Below, piece by piece: positions 1 through 9,703 of a DNA stretch of 64,000 nt; the first letter of the stretch is position 1; the number at the start of each line of letters is the position of its first letter. A program made the translations under genes and the position numbers. This DNA is from Candidatus Shapirobacteria bacterium. GTDB lineage: Bacteria > Patescibacteriota > Microgenomatia > UBA12405. Location: assembly GCA_022837635.1 (NCBI GenBank), contig JALHFY010000002.1, positions 5,055 to 69,054 on the forward strand. Direction: 5' to 3'. Under the pieces are notes generated by a model. That model was not told the DNA's origin. It saw nothing but the letters and a program-made list of their open reading frames with translations, and made no database searches.

Positions 1-194
1 AATATTTTGAAATTTCTGAATTTATGGGAACTTACAACTGTAATTGGATAGCTTTTATGATTCAATTAGCCTTAAACAAAAGAAAGATGGCAACAAAAAA
101 TTTATTTTTGCATTTACCAAAAAGAGGGAGAGATAGAGTTCTGGCCAAAATGATTGCCAATTTAATAATAAATAACGGGATGATAAAATGAGTT

Positions 195-839
195 ATGACA
201 ACAAGAGAAAATGACTTGGATGTAGTAGCTCCTGATGAAGTGGGAACTGAGGAGCAAATTCCTCAAAAAGTGTATGATATCACTGGTCATACCAAACACC
301 CTTTGTCGTCATTATTGATTAATCCTAATGTCTTTACTTTTGAAGAAAAGGCCCAACAAGAAAAAGTTTTGGTAGTGGCTAGATCACATTGGTTTACCAA
401 TGTGGGCTGGATGTTAACGGCGGGATTAATGTTTTTGGCTCCTAATTTTTTAAGATTGATACCTTTTTCTTCTGATATCTCAATTCGTTATAAAATATTA
501 GGTGGGTTGTTGTGGTTTTTAGTGACCTTTGCCTTTATTTTTGAAAAATTTTTGTCGTGGTATTTTGATGTGATTGTGATTACCGATAAGAGAGTGATTG
601 ACATTGATTTTGATAATTTGTTAAGTAAAAAATTTGCTCAAGCAGATATTTTAATGATTCAAGACTTAACTTTTAAGGTAACTGGTTTTGCGCAAACTAT
701 GTTTAATTTTGGTGATGTCTTTGTACAGACAGCAGCAGAGGTACCTCAATTGACTTTAGAGAGAGTACCTCAGCCACAAAAAATAATTAGGGTGTTACAG
801 ATGTTAAAAGAGGAATTGGGAGGCAAAAATGCTAAATAA
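195..839 (+). CDS. membrane protein with bacterial PH (bPH_2/YdbS-like) domain
   Basis: Two predicted TM helices followed by ...ITDKRVIDIDFD...ILMIQDLTFKVTGF..., typical of the bPH_2 fold; overlaps the next ORF by 11 nt. Confidence 0.45.
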   Translation: MTTRENDLDVVAPDEVGTEEQIPQKVYDITGHTKHPLSSLLINPNVFTFEEKAQQEKVLVVARSHWFTNVGWMLTAGLMFLAPNFLRLIPFSSDISIRYKILGGLLWFLVTFAFIFEKFLSWYFDVIVITDKRVIDIDFDNLLSKKFAQADILMIQDLTFKVTGFAQTMFNFGDVFVQTAAEVPQLTLERVPQPQKIIRVLQMLKEELGGKNAK

Positions 840-1047
840 TGTCGATAGTTACCTGTTGATTATAGAAAAGATTATCGGGGTAATGGCAGCGGTGGTATAT
901 TCATTTTTTGCTTTGATTGTGGTCAAGCAAGTTCAGACCATGTCAAAAAATGTTAAGGATATATTTAATCCCTTGTTGATCGTTTTTGCTTATGCTCATT
1001 TGATGGCGGCTTTGGCACTAATCTTTTTGGTACTAGCAGTTTTGTAG
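829..1047 (+). CDS. small hydrophobic membrane protein, hypothetical
   Basis: 72-aa ORF with two hydrophobic helices, translationally coupled to the upstream gene. Confidence 0.3.
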   Translation: MLNNVDSYLLIIEKIIGVMAAVVYSFFALIVVKQVQTMSKNVKDIFNPLLIVFAYAHLMAALALIFLVLAVL

Positions 1048-1058
1048 TATCATTTTTC

Positions 1059-2459
1059 ATGGAGTATCGTATTAGGGAGCGGCCCTCTGGTCAGGAAAGT
1101 GAGGCTGCTGGTTGGCAGTTAAGAGCAGAAAAAAAACGGATTTTTTTAGAAAGAGGAATGGAGCGAATTGGCGTGGAATTAGGAAAAAGAAAGTTGAGAG
1201 CAGTGATTGAAGGAGAAGGTCAGGTGGCGATTGTGAGAGAGGGGAAAATAGCTTATTTATCAAATCAAAGTCAGGGAGAAATCAGAACTGGTGATGAAGT
1301 TTGGATAGTAACAGAAGTGAGGGTAAAAATAGATTTTGTCAAAAAAGAGAAAATTAAAAAAGAAATTTTTGTCTCCGAAAGGAGATGGTTTGATCAAAGA
1401 GTCAGCAAGGAATTGAATGTAATTTTGGGGGTGGGAGTATTGGCGATATTGCTAGGAATTATCGTCTTGGGTTATCAAAAAAGAAGTAGTGCCATGGAGC
1501 AAAATAAATTTGAGAGTGTCAAGAAAGAATTTAATGAAGAATTAAAAAGAGCTCAAGAAATTAGAGAAAAAGAACCTGATAAAAGTTTAGAAATAGTGGA
1601 AAAAGCGGTAGAAAAATTAAGAGAGCGTAAATTCAAAAAGAGTGATTTGACTAATGAAATAAATAGATTAACAGAAGAAGGAATTAGTTATCAAAATAAG
1701 TTGGGACGGGAGAACAAAAATTATGAGGTGGCTTACAACACTAAATTAATTTATGAAGGCGAGAGACAATTTGACGGTTTGGCGAGTAAGGAATCGGTAA
1801 TTTATTTATGGAGTAAGGAGAGGGCTGAAGTAATAGCAGTGAATTTGGAGATGCAATCTAAGGATAAGATAGTGGCAGATGAAAAGATTGGAAAAACTGA
1901 AGGAGTGTTTAATAACGGAGAAAGATGGTATGGATACGGAGAGAATAAAGTGTGGGAGATAAAAAGAAATGCGGTAGAAGAAAGCCCAATAGAATCTTTG
2001 GAAATAGATCAAGTCAGTGCTTGGAAAGGATTGATCTATGCTCTAAATAATGAGCAAAGACAGATAGTTAAATTGAGTGGAAGTAGTTGGACAAAATGGA
2101 ACAACACTCCCCTGCCGGCGACCATGACCGGAATGGCCATTGACGGCGATATTTGGACGTTGTCGGAGGGGGCGCAGATTTATAAATTCACCCGAGGAGA
2201 AAAGGTGAACTTTGAAATGAGTTTTAAGCCACCGGCAGTTAATCCGGGGAAAATTATCACCAGCGACAAGGTAAACATAGTCGCCTTTATTAATGATGAT
2301 AAAGTGTGGATTTATGGAAAAAATGGTAAAATTTTGGCCAGACTTAATTTTGGTAAAAATGAAATCGTGGACATCGCGATAGAAAATCCGAAGGAGGCCG
2401 TTTTAGTCCTGGCCGCAGACGGAAATATTTACCGAGTCAAAAACAATGAGATATTTTAA
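1059..2459 (+). CDS. hypothetical single-pass membrane protein with coiled-coil and extracytoplasmic domain
   Basis: 466-aa ORF with a TM segment (ILGVGVLAILLGIIVLG) and a charged coiled-coil stretch; no recognisable catalytic motif. Confidence 0.4.
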   Translation: MEYRIRERPSGQESEAAGWQLRAEKKRIFLERGMERIGVELGKRKLRAVIEGEGQVAIVREGKIAYLSNQSQGEIRTGDEVWIVTEVRVKIDFVKKEKIKKEIFVSERRWFDQRVSKELNVILGVGVLAILLGIIVLGYQKRSSAMEQNKFESVKKEFNEELKRAQEIREKEPDKSLEIVEKAVEKLRERKFKKSDLTNEINRLTEEGISYQNKLGRENKNYEVAYNTKLIYEGERQFDGLASKESVIYLWSKERAEVIAVNLEMQSKDKIVADEKIGKTEGVFNNGERWYGYGENKVWEIKRNAVEESPIESLEIDQVSAWKGLIYALNNEQRQIVKLSGSSWTKWNNTPLPATMTGMAIDGDIWTLSEGAQIYKFTRGEKVNFEMSFKPPAVNPGKIITSDKVNIVAFINDDKVWIYGKNGKILARLNFGKNEIVDIAIENPKEAVLVLAADGNIYRVKNNEIF

Positions 2460-2856
2460 TCGTGAGAGTCACGACTATAAATTTATTGACAAAATGGTGG
2501 CCGGAATGGTGTTAAACGGCGCCGATGCCAAGTCCCTAAGAGTGGCCGGGGTCCAATTCAAGGGAGCTAAAGTGGAAGTGATCAATGGCATTCCCAAGGT
2601 GTTTAATTTACAAATCAGTCCTTATAAATATAGTCGGAATCAAGAAATTGATAAAAGTGGTGAGAGAAAATTACTCTTAAATTCCCGAGAAATTGCTAAA
2701 CTACAAAGTTATCGGAGACAAAAATATATGCTGATTCCGATAGCGATTTTTTTACAGGGAAAGTGGTTTAAGATGGAAATTGGAATTGGCAGAAAGATGA
2801 GGAAGTTTGAAAAAAGGGAGAAGATTAGGAAGGAGGAGTTTGAGAAAAATAATTAG
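2446..2856 (+). CDS. smpB: SsrA-binding protein SmpB
   Basis: N-terminal ...ESHDYKFIDKMVAGMVLNGADAKSLR... matches the SmpB core; basic C-terminal tail; a tmRNA gene lies immediately downstream. Confidence 0.85.
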   Translation: MRYFNRESHDYKFIDKMVAGMVLNGADAKSLRVAGVQFKGAKVEVINGIPKVFNLQISPYKYSRNQEIDKSGERKLLLNSREIAKLQSYRRQKYMLIPIAIFLQGKWFKMEIGIGRKMRKFEKREKIRKEEFEKNN

Positions 2857-2888
2857 ACAGTAGAAACACAATTTATATTTTTACGTTG

Positions 2889-3265
2889 CGGAGATGCCCG
2901 GGAATGAACCGGGGTCCGAAATTGAAATTAAAAAACGTCGACAAGCTTAAGTAAAAAACATCGATTGGTTGGGACATTACTCCCTCTTAGGTCTGACAAT
3001 AACCGAGAAATCATCAGACAGCAGTTTAAAATGGTTGACACTGTTTAAGCCCTTTTAGACAAGAGCAAAAACAATGGTTGATTGCTTAAGCTAGTGCGTA
3101 AGCAGGAGCCGCAGGAGCATTGATACCAGTAAAGGCATCGGCTACTTTGGTCAAATCAACGCCAAAAGTTTTTTTGGCATAATGTTTTGATTCTCTTTTA
3201 CGACGATGAATCAAAGTCGGCTTGCAGTTTTTTAAGGTGCAATCCCGTCAAGGCGTTACATCTCC
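2889..3265 (-). ncRNA. ssrA: tmRNA (ssrA)
   Basis: The minus-strand 5' end GGAGAUGUAACGCCUUGACGGGAUUGCACC resembles canonical GGGGCUG...UUCGACGGGAUUUGCG. The 3' end ...GGACCCCGGUUCAUUCCCGGGCAUCUCC has a T-arm with a UUCAUUC loop and a 7-bp acceptor pairing with the 5' end. An internal in-frame tag ORF reads ...ADAFTGINAPAAPAYALA then a TAA stop (stop at 3086-3088 on the minus strand). The gene is adjacent to smpB. Confidence 0.75.
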
Positions 3266-3408
3266 ATGAGGAGTTATATTTTATCATAAAAACAGACAGA
3301 AATCATGATAATTGAGTACTATTTTTTTAAGGAAAATTGCAAAATCTGAGCCAATAAAATAAGTCTATATTAGTTTTCAGATTTAGTTAAGTATTTTACA
3401 ATTAGAGG

Positions 3409-4053
3409 ATGAGTTGGTTAATAGATTGGTTATATCCAAAAAAATGTTTAGGCTGTGGTCGGGGTGATGATTATTTGTGCAATTTCTGTGAAAGAAAAAT
3501 AAAAATAGCCGGATTGAGGCAAAAATCCGGATTTGAAGGTCTAATTTCAATTTATAAATATGACGGAGTGATGAAAAAAATAATTGAGGAGATTAAGTAT
3601 CAACATTTGTCAGCGGCAATTGAGAGTTTGGGACAAAAAATGGGACAAAGCTTAAAAATTAATTATCCAGAGACTGTTAAACATTGGCAAAAAGAGCATT
3701 TTGTTCTGGTACCGATACCATTATATAAAGGCAGAGAAAATTGGCGGGGTTTTAATCAAGCCAGAGAAATAGCGGTGGTGGTGGCACAAAAATTAGGTTT
3801 GGAATATGCTGAAATTTTAGAGAGAAAGAAAAAGGGGGTAAATTTAGCCAAAATTCATAATCACCAACAAAGAATGGCGGAGATTAAGGGGGTGTTTAGA
3901 GTAAAAAATGAAATTGAGAGAAGAGAGAAAATAATCTTAGTGGATGATGTAATTACCAGCGGGGCGACTATGACTGAGGCGTTGAAGACCTGGAAAAAGG
4001 TGTCTCCTCAGGGGCGGGGTTGGGGTTTGAGTCTGGCCGGAGTCCGGAGATGA
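3409..4053 (+). CDS. comF: ComF family phosphoribosyltransferase-domain protein
   Basis: N-terminal Cys pairs (CLGCG...CNFCE) and a C-terminal PRTase motif ILVDDVITSGATM; the true stop is probably earlier than the ORF end. Confidence 0.7.
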   Translation: MSWLIDWLYPKKCLGCGRGDDYLCNFCERKIKIAGLRQKSGFEGLISIYKYDGVMKKIIEEIKYQHLSAAIESLGQKMGQSLKINYPETVKHWQKEHFVLVPIPLYKGRENWRGFNQAREIAVVVAQKLGLEYAEILERKKKGVNLAKIHNHQQRMAEIKGVFRVKNEIERREKIILVDDVITSGATMTEALKTWKKVSPQGRGWGLSLAGVRR

Positions 4054-4702
4054 GACGTTCATTTTTAATCATGTCGGCGTCTTTGAGGATGTCTTTGACT
4101 TCGCTGGAACCCAGAGCATTTTCCAAAGGAGTAAGAGAACTGAGATAAAAATTTTCGACAAAAAGACCATGTGAAGTGAGAGAATCGCGAAGCTCCTGTT
4201 TGACCTCGTCCTCAATCAGGCTGCGGTTGGTAGAGAGAGCTTTAGCTAGAGTATGATTGGTTAAAACCTTGCGGATACGACTACGGGTAACTGGGCGAAC
4301 GACTTTAGAAACAAAATTTTCGCCAATGTTTTGCCAAATTTCAGGTAGTCTTTCAGTGTCAAGTTTGATTAAAACAGTGGCTTCGATAGAGACAAATTGA
4401 TTGTCAGCGGTAACAGCATGAATAACTTCATCCCCCATAATTTCGTTGTTGTCTTTGAGAGAGATATCTTTGGAAATAGTGTATTCAATTAGTTGAGCAT
4501 TAAAAAGTTTGACTCGCTGAATCAAAGGAATCTTGAAATGCATGCCGGGGTACCAAACATTTTTGAGAACACCACGGAAAACATCATAAATACAGCCGAC
4601 GTGACCGGGAGGAATGGTGACAATAAAGCCGCCAACGATTTCGTCAACGAAGAGAGAAACTAGTAAATTATCGATAGATGCCATATGGATTGAATTATAC
4701 AC
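3968..4702 (-). CDS. SPFH/band-7 (prohibitin/HflK-C-like) domain protein
   Basis: N-terminal TM region followed by a band-7 core (...KIPLIQRVKLFNAQLIEYT...VSIEATVLIKLD...); the start may be the internal MASIDN. Confidence 0.65.
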   Translation of the reverse strand: MYNSIHMASIDNLLVSLFVDEIVGGFIVTIPPGHVGCIYDVFRGVLKNVWYPGMHFKIPLIQRVKLFNAQLIEYTISKDISLKDNNEIMGDEVIHAVTADNQFVSIEATVLIKLDTERLPEIWQNIGENFVSKVVRPVTRSRIRKVLTNHTLAKALSTNRSLIEDEVKQELRDSLTSHGLFVENFYLSSLTPLENALGSSEVKDILKDADMIKNERLISGLRPDSNPNPAPEETPFSRSSTPQS

Positions 4703-5387
4703 TAAAGGCAGTAGCTAAAGCCATTAGTTCTTTTTGAGGATCAGCAGCCTTGACTACAGAGGAGGCAACTAAAATCCCTTGAGCGCCTAATTTAAGGCCA
4801 GTGCTAACATCAGAGGCTTGGTGAATACCGGCACCGATAAGTAGTTTTTTATGACCTAAAATTTGGGCAAAGTGTTGGACTTGTTGGGGTTTGCCGGTGG
4901 ACACTGAAATTTGACTGTTGCCGATATATTCTTTGGGTTCATAGGCAAAAAAAGTGGGATTTAAGTTTTTGGCCCAGGAATTGAGTTGACCTAAAGTTTG
5001 GAGACATAAAACCGAATCAAAGTCTTTGGGCCAGTGCTTGAGCAATGATTTAATTGTTCCTGGTTTGAGACGGTGCTCGGAATGGTTTAGGAGAGAGCCT
5101 TTGATGCCCAAGGATTGGGCATGAAGAGGGGAAATAAAACCGCTGTGGGCACCTTCTAAAAAGGGATCAACATGTTGGAGATAGACTTCTATACCTAATT
5201 TTTGATGGATGTTAACGGCATCCAGAGCAGAGACTACGGGATAAATTTTGACGCCAGTTTGTTGAGACACTGATTTAGCCATGGCGGCAAAATCAAGGGC
5301 TTTATAGGCGAAAGTTTGGGGATAAAGTTTAAGGTTTAAGAGTATCACCGCTGAGTTTATATTTACTAATAACTTGAGAAATGCCAT
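4695..5387 (-). CDS. tpiA: triosephosphate isomerase, archaeal type
   Basis: NLKLY (archaeal NFKTY catalytic Lys region), LLNHSEHR, AYEP, LIGAGI...GILVASSVVKAADP. The protein is collinear with the ~225-aa archaeal TIMs rather than bacterial TpiA. Confidence 0.75.
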   Translation of the reverse strand: MAFLKLLVNINSAVILLNLKLYPQTFAYKALDFAAMAKSVSQQTGVKIYPVVSALDAVNIHQKLGIEVYLQHVDPFLEGAHSGFISPLHAQSLGIKGSLLNHSEHRLKPGTIKSLLKHWPKDFDSVLCLQTLGQLNSWAKNLNPTFFAYEPKEYIGNSQISVSTGKPQQVQHFAQILGHKKLLIGAGIHQASDVSTGLKLGAQGILVASSVVKAADPQKELMALATAFSV

Positions 5388-6828
5388 TTTGAAGAGTGGT
5401 CATGACTTCGGTTTCACTTAATTGATTGCGAGTAATAGCATTGATAGCGTCCTTAAAATAATTATTCAATTCAGTATTAAGACCATCATCGTGAGTAAAA
5501 CTGGAAAGATAGCCACTTTGAGCGGTAGGAGCAGAATCAATAAAGGCTTTGAGATAGGGCGCAGTGACCAATTTGGCGGCCAGGTCAGTGCGGGGATAAA
5601 TTTCTCCAAAACCTCGATCAACCGAAGCGGTTTGATAAAGTTTTTCCAGAACTGGAGGAGAGGCTAGATATTCTAGAAAAGTCCAAGCTTCAGCCTGATG
5701 AGGACTTTGAGAATTGACAGCCTCGACCCAATAAGTGGCCCAATTAATATTGGTGAGGTTAGCGTTGTCACCACTGCCACCACCGGTAAGGACTGGCATT
5801 TGAGGAACTGGGGCAGTGGCAAAAGATAAATTGGGGTTAAGAGCTTGAATATCAAAAATACGCCAGGATGGGGCAAAATAAAAGGCAAGTTTACCTTGAG
5901 CAAAAAGGGTGGTAGAAGAAGGTAAAGTCTCATCCCAGATTTTTTCTTTGGTTTTGAAGTTGGTGTAATAGGTGAGAACATCTTTTATTTTGCCATCATT
6001 TTCAGGGTTATTGATAAGAGTCAAAGAGGCACCGTTTTGACGCAATAATAAGCCTAGAATATCGCTCCAATGGTCAACATTATCAGCCAGACCAAGAGCG
6101 GCACCAGCAATTTCAATGTTGCCTGCAGGATCGCGAACAGTCAGGCGATTAAGACTACTTTGTAAATCCCACCAAGATTTAGGCAGGTCGACTCCAGCTT
6201 TTTGAATTAAATCTTTGTTATAAAAAAGAACCAAGCCGTCATACATCAAAGGGAGAGCATAATAATTGTCATTAATAACTAAATCACGTTGATAAACAGG
6301 TAAAAAGTCTTTTTTTAAGCCTAGTGAAGTCACTATGTTTGCCGGTACAGGGGCCAAATTATTTTTGAACATTGGCAACCAGGAACTATGGATTCTAAAA
6401 ATATCCGGGACTTCCCCACTACCGATATCCTTGGCGAGACGACCGGCTAAGCGAGTTCGGTAATCATCTTTGGAACTGTGAACGTATTTGATTTTAATAT
6501 GAGGATATTTGGCTTCAAAATCAGTAATAATTCCGTTGACGATTTCATTTTTTTCCCAAAGACCCCAGTAAGTAAGAGTAACTGTTTCTTTGTTTTTGTT
6601 TTTGAGACTAGGTAAGAGAAATTTAAGGACCAGAAAGGCGACCAACAAGAGTGCCAGACCACCAATGATAAAGGGTAAAAAACGGGGTAAAGATTTTTTT
6701 GGGGGAGGAGGAAGAGGTGAAGAAGAAATGGTATCAGCAGGGATATCAGTCCGAGGCGATTCTGGAATTGATGAAGGCTCAGCCACCGGTCGAGGCGGGA
6801 GAGGTGATTGAATATCAATGGTTTCCAC
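5329..6828 (-). CDS. ABC transporter substrate-binding protein (family 1, sugar-type), membrane anchored
   Basis: Pro-rich N-terminus, a TM anchor, then ...TLTYWGLWEKNE...PDIFRIHSSWLPMF...YALPLMYDGLVLFYNKDL..., typical of extracellular solute-binding proteins. Confidence 0.6.
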   Translation of the reverse strand: METIDIQSPLPPRPVAEPSSIPESPRTDIPADTISSSPLPPPPKKSLPRFLPFIIGGLALLLVAFLVLKFLLPSLKNKNKETVTLTYWGLWEKNEIVNGIITDFEAKYPHIKIKYVHSSKDDYRTRLAGRLAKDIGSGEVPDIFRIHSSWLPMFKNNLAPVPANIVTSLGLKKDFLPVYQRDLVINDNYYALPLMYDGLVLFYNKDLIQKAGVDLPKSWWDLQSSLNRLTVRDPAGNIEIAGAALGLADNVDHWSDILGLLLRQNGASLTLINNPENDGKIKDVLTYYTNFKTKEKIWDETLPSSTTLFAQGKLAFYFAPSWRIFDIQALNPNLSFATAPVPQMPVLTGGGSGDNANLTNINWATYWVEAVNSQSPHQAEAWTFLEYLASPPVLEKLYQTASVDRGFGEIYPRTDLAAKLVTAPYLKAFIDSAPTAQSGYLSSFTHDDGLNTELNNYFKDAINAITRNQLSETEVMTTLQNGISQVISKYKLSGDTLKP

Positions 6829-6845
6829 AGTCCCATTATAGTAGA

Positions 6846-7586
6846 ATGGTGCCTATGAATCCAATGTCAGTTGCCATCCTGAGTTCAATACTAATTAGTT
6901 TACTGTCAGTTTTAATAGCTTTATTGTTTCGCTGGCAAAAAAGAAATTCTAAAGTTCAGTTGTTGGTATTGGTGGGAGTGGCCACGGGGGCTTTACTGGG
7001 AGATGCTTTTCTTCATTTAATTCCGGAATCAAGTGAATTTTTTGAAGGCGGCGAAATAGGGTTGTTGGTAATTGGAGGGATGTTAGTTTTTTTTGGATTA
7101 GAAAAATTGCTGCAGTGGAGGCATTGTCATAATCCTGATTGTCATCAAGGTCACAAATTGGCGGAGGTGAGTATTGTGGCGGATACAGTTCACAATTTTA
7201 TAGATGGATTAATTATTGGGGGTAGTTTTTTGGCGGGAATAGAGCTGGGTATCGGGACGGCTATAGCCATTTTGATACATGAAATTCCTCAAGAAATCGG
7301 TGATTTTGCTATATTGCTTCATAGTGGGTATGATTTTAAGAAGGCTTTGAAAATGAATTTGCTGTCGGCAATGGCCAGTTTAGTGGGAGTGGTAATGATT
7401 ATGATTTTTAAGGAAAGTTTGAGTTTAAGAAATTATTTAATGCCGTTAACTGCTGGAGGCTTTATATATTTGGCAGCCTCGGATTTGATTCCAGAATTGC
7501 ATCGGCATGAAGCCAAGCCGAGAGAGAGTTTAAGACAATTGGTATCAGTATTGTTTGGTGTCGCGGTGATGTATTTTTTGCTATGA
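6846..7586 (+). CDS. zupT: ZIP family metal (zinc) transporter
   Basis: Multi-TM protein with a His-rich loop (HCHNPDCHQGH) and HEIPQEIGDFAILL, the ZIP signature. The ORF-track start at 6699 is rejected in favour of the ATG at 6846. Confidence 0.75.
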   Translation: MVPMNPMSVAILSSILISLLSVLIALLFRWQKRNSKVQLLVLVGVATGALLGDAFLHLIPESSEFFEGGEIGLLVIGGMLVFFGLEKLLQWRHCHNPDCHQGHKLAEVSIVADTVHNFIDGLIIGGSFLAGIELGIGTAIAILIHEIPQEIGDFAILLHSGYDFKKALKMNLLSAMASLVGVVMIMIFKESLSLRNYLMPLTAGGFIYLAASDLIPELHRHEAKPRESLRQLVSVLFGVAVMYFLL

Positions 7587-7592
7587 TTAGCT

Positions 7593-7994
7593 ATGAAAAT
7601 TAGGGTTTTTACTGATGGAGGGGCCAGGGGTAATCCAGGTATTGCTGGTTACGGAGTTTGGATAGTTAACGATAAGGGAGAAAAGCTATATGAGGAAAGT
7701 CGTTTTTTAGGCATAAAAACCAATAATGAAGCGGAATACATGGGACTAATTGGTGCCTTAACTTGGATTAAAGATAATGTTAAAGATGAAGAAGTAGAAA
7801 TTAATTCTGATTCTCAACTACTGATTAGACAAATGAAGGGGTTGTATAAAGTTAAATCGCCTCATCTGAAAGAATTGTGGAATAAGGCCCAAGAATTGAC
7901 GAATAATAAAAATATAACTTTTAGGGAAATCCCTCGAGAAGCCAATCAAAAGGCCGATGCTTTGGCTAATTTGGCCATGGATAGTAAACAATGA
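7593..7994 (+). CDS. rnhA: ribonuclease HI
   Basis: MKIRVFTDGGARGNPGIAGYG...NNEAEYMGLIGAL...SDSQLLIRQM matches the RNase H type-1 DEDD core. Confidence 0.75.
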   Translation: MKIRVFTDGGARGNPGIAGYGVWIVNDKGEKLYEESRFLGIKTNNEAEYMGLIGALTWIKDNVKDEEVEINSDSQLLIRQMKGLYKVKSPHLKELWNKAQELTNNKNITFREIPREANQKADALANLAMDSKQ

Positions 7995-9703
7995 AAAATC
8001 AAAAAACTTGGAAAATTGCGGTGGCCAGTTTGGGGATGATTTTGTTTTTAATGGCTCTGCCATTGATAGCCGCTTTTGGTAAAAGTGGTCGAGAGACTAA
8101 AGTTTTAGGGAGAGATTACTCAGTACTGGATAAAAAAGAAATTGAGGCGAAGCTGAAGCTGGATTTTCCTATGACAGGGAGTTTGAAATTAAGCGAAGAA
8201 GAGAGAATTTTTGAAGTTGATTTAGCCTCAATATCGGCAGAAATTAATACTGACAAAACGGCATCTAATATGTTGTTTAGACGTTTGAAACAAGGGATAG
8301 GACCTTATTTTAAGGCTTTTTTTGAAACTAGAGATTTTGAACTGATAGTGACAGTAGATGAAGAAAAATTGGAGCAGAAAATAGGTGAAATTGAGGCCGC
8401 AGTTAACAAACCTTATATCCCAACAGAAATTGTGTTGGGGACACAAATGAGTGTTAGAGAAGGACAAATGGGAAGAGAAGTGGAAAGAGAAGAATTGAAG
8501 AATTTAATTTTAGAAAAATTAGCCCGATATGATTTAGATAATGTATCAGCAATCCCGGCTGAAGATGTCGGTTTTTTACCCAGTGATAAGGAGAAAAAAG
8601 AGGCTTTAGAAAGAGCTAAAAAATGGCTGGGTAAGGAATTGAAATTGGAAGATAGAGAGACAGAATTGATAGTAGATAGCAAGACTTTAATCAGTTGGAT
8701 TAAATTTGGTGGTGGGGTGGAAGAAAAAAAAGTAAATGAGTATGTCGCTGCGGTAGCACCAAGCTTAAAAAGAGAAGCGCAAAATGCAATCTTCAAATTT
8801 GAAAACGGCCGAGTGATGGAATTTAAGCCAGATAGGCCAGGTTTTTATCTGGATGAAGAAAAACTTAAAAATATTATTTTTAGAAACTATCTTAATTGGG
8901 AACAATCTGGGGAAAAAATCTTAAAAGAGGAATTGCCTTTGGTTAAATCAGAAGCAGAGGTAAAAACCGGCGAGGTAAATAATCTGGGAATTAAGGAACT
9001 TTTAGGCAGAGGCAGCTCGACTTTTCATCACAGTAGTGAAGTCAGAAATGTGAATATAAGAATAGGAGCGGCGGCGGTTAATCAGGTATTGGTAGCACCA
9101 GGTGAGGAGTTTTCTTTTAATAAAAGTTTAGGAGAAGTTAGTCGAGAAAAGGGTTATACCATGGCTTACATTATTAGAGCGGGACGAACAGAATTAGATT
9201 TAGGAGGAGGTGTTTGTCAGGTATCGACAACCTTGTTTCGAGCAATGTTGGATGCCGGAGTTCAGATTACCCAAAGGAGACCACATGCTTACCGAGTCAG
9301 TTATTATGAAGAGGACAGTCCCCCGGGTTATGATGCCACCGTGTTTCTACCTAGTCCGGATTTACGTTTTAAGAATGATACCGGCAATTATCTGTTGATT
9401 CAAAGTTATTATGATGGGGTCAATAAAAAATTAACTTATGAAATTTATGGAACTAATGATGGGCGGGAAGTGGAAATCAGTAATTATAAGAAATGGGGGG
9501 CGGCAGCGGCACCGCCGGATGTCTATATAGATGATCCAAATTTGCCGGAGGGGAAAATAGTGAAAGTAGAATCTAGAGTCCCAGGCTTAAATACTTCATT
9601 TGACTGGGTAGTAAAACGAAACGGAGAGATACTTCATCAACGAACTTTTGTTAGTAAATATGTGCCTTGGGCGGCTGTTTATCGGAGAGGGACGGGTAAT
9701 TAA
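7991..9703 (+). CDS. VanW family protein with N-terminal membrane anchor
   Basis: C-terminal GGGVCQVSTTLFRAMLDAGVQITQRRPHAYRVSYY is the VanW domain signature; N-terminal TM helix. Confidence 0.7.
   Translation: MKNQKTWKIAVASLGMILFLMALPLIAAFGKSGRETKVLGRDYSVLDKKEIEAKLKLDFPMTGSLKLSEEERIFEVDLASISAEINTDKTASNMLFRRLKQGIGPYFKAFFETRDFELIVTVDEEKLEQKIGEIEAAVNKPYIPTEIVLGTQMSVREGQMGREVEREELKNLILEKLARYDLDNVSAIPAEDVGFLPSDKEKKEALERAKKWLGKELKLEDRETELIVDSKTLISWIKFGGGVEEKKVNEYVAAVAPSLKREAQNAIFKFENGRVMEFKPDRPGFYLDEEKLKNIIFRNYLNWEQSGEKILKEELPLVKSEAEVKTGEVNNLGIKELLGRGSSTFHHSSEVRNVNIRIGAAAVNQVLVAPGEEFSFNKSLGEVSREKGYTMAYIIRAGRTELDLGGGVCQVSTTLFRAMLDAGVQITQRRPHAYRVSYYEEDSPPGYDATVFLPSPDLRFKNDTGNYLLIQSYYDGVNKKLTYEIYGTNDGREVEISNYKKWGAAAAPPDVYIDDPNLPEGKIVKVESRVPGLNTSFDWVVKRNGEILHQRTFVSKYVPWAAVYRRGTGN

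Noticed and set aside
6699-6845. Upstream extension of the ZIP transporter ORF (MGEEEEVKKKWYQQ...)
   Set aside because: It overlaps the substrate-binding protein gene on the other strand and is not hydrophobic. The ZIP protein begins with its first TM helix at the ATG at 6846.
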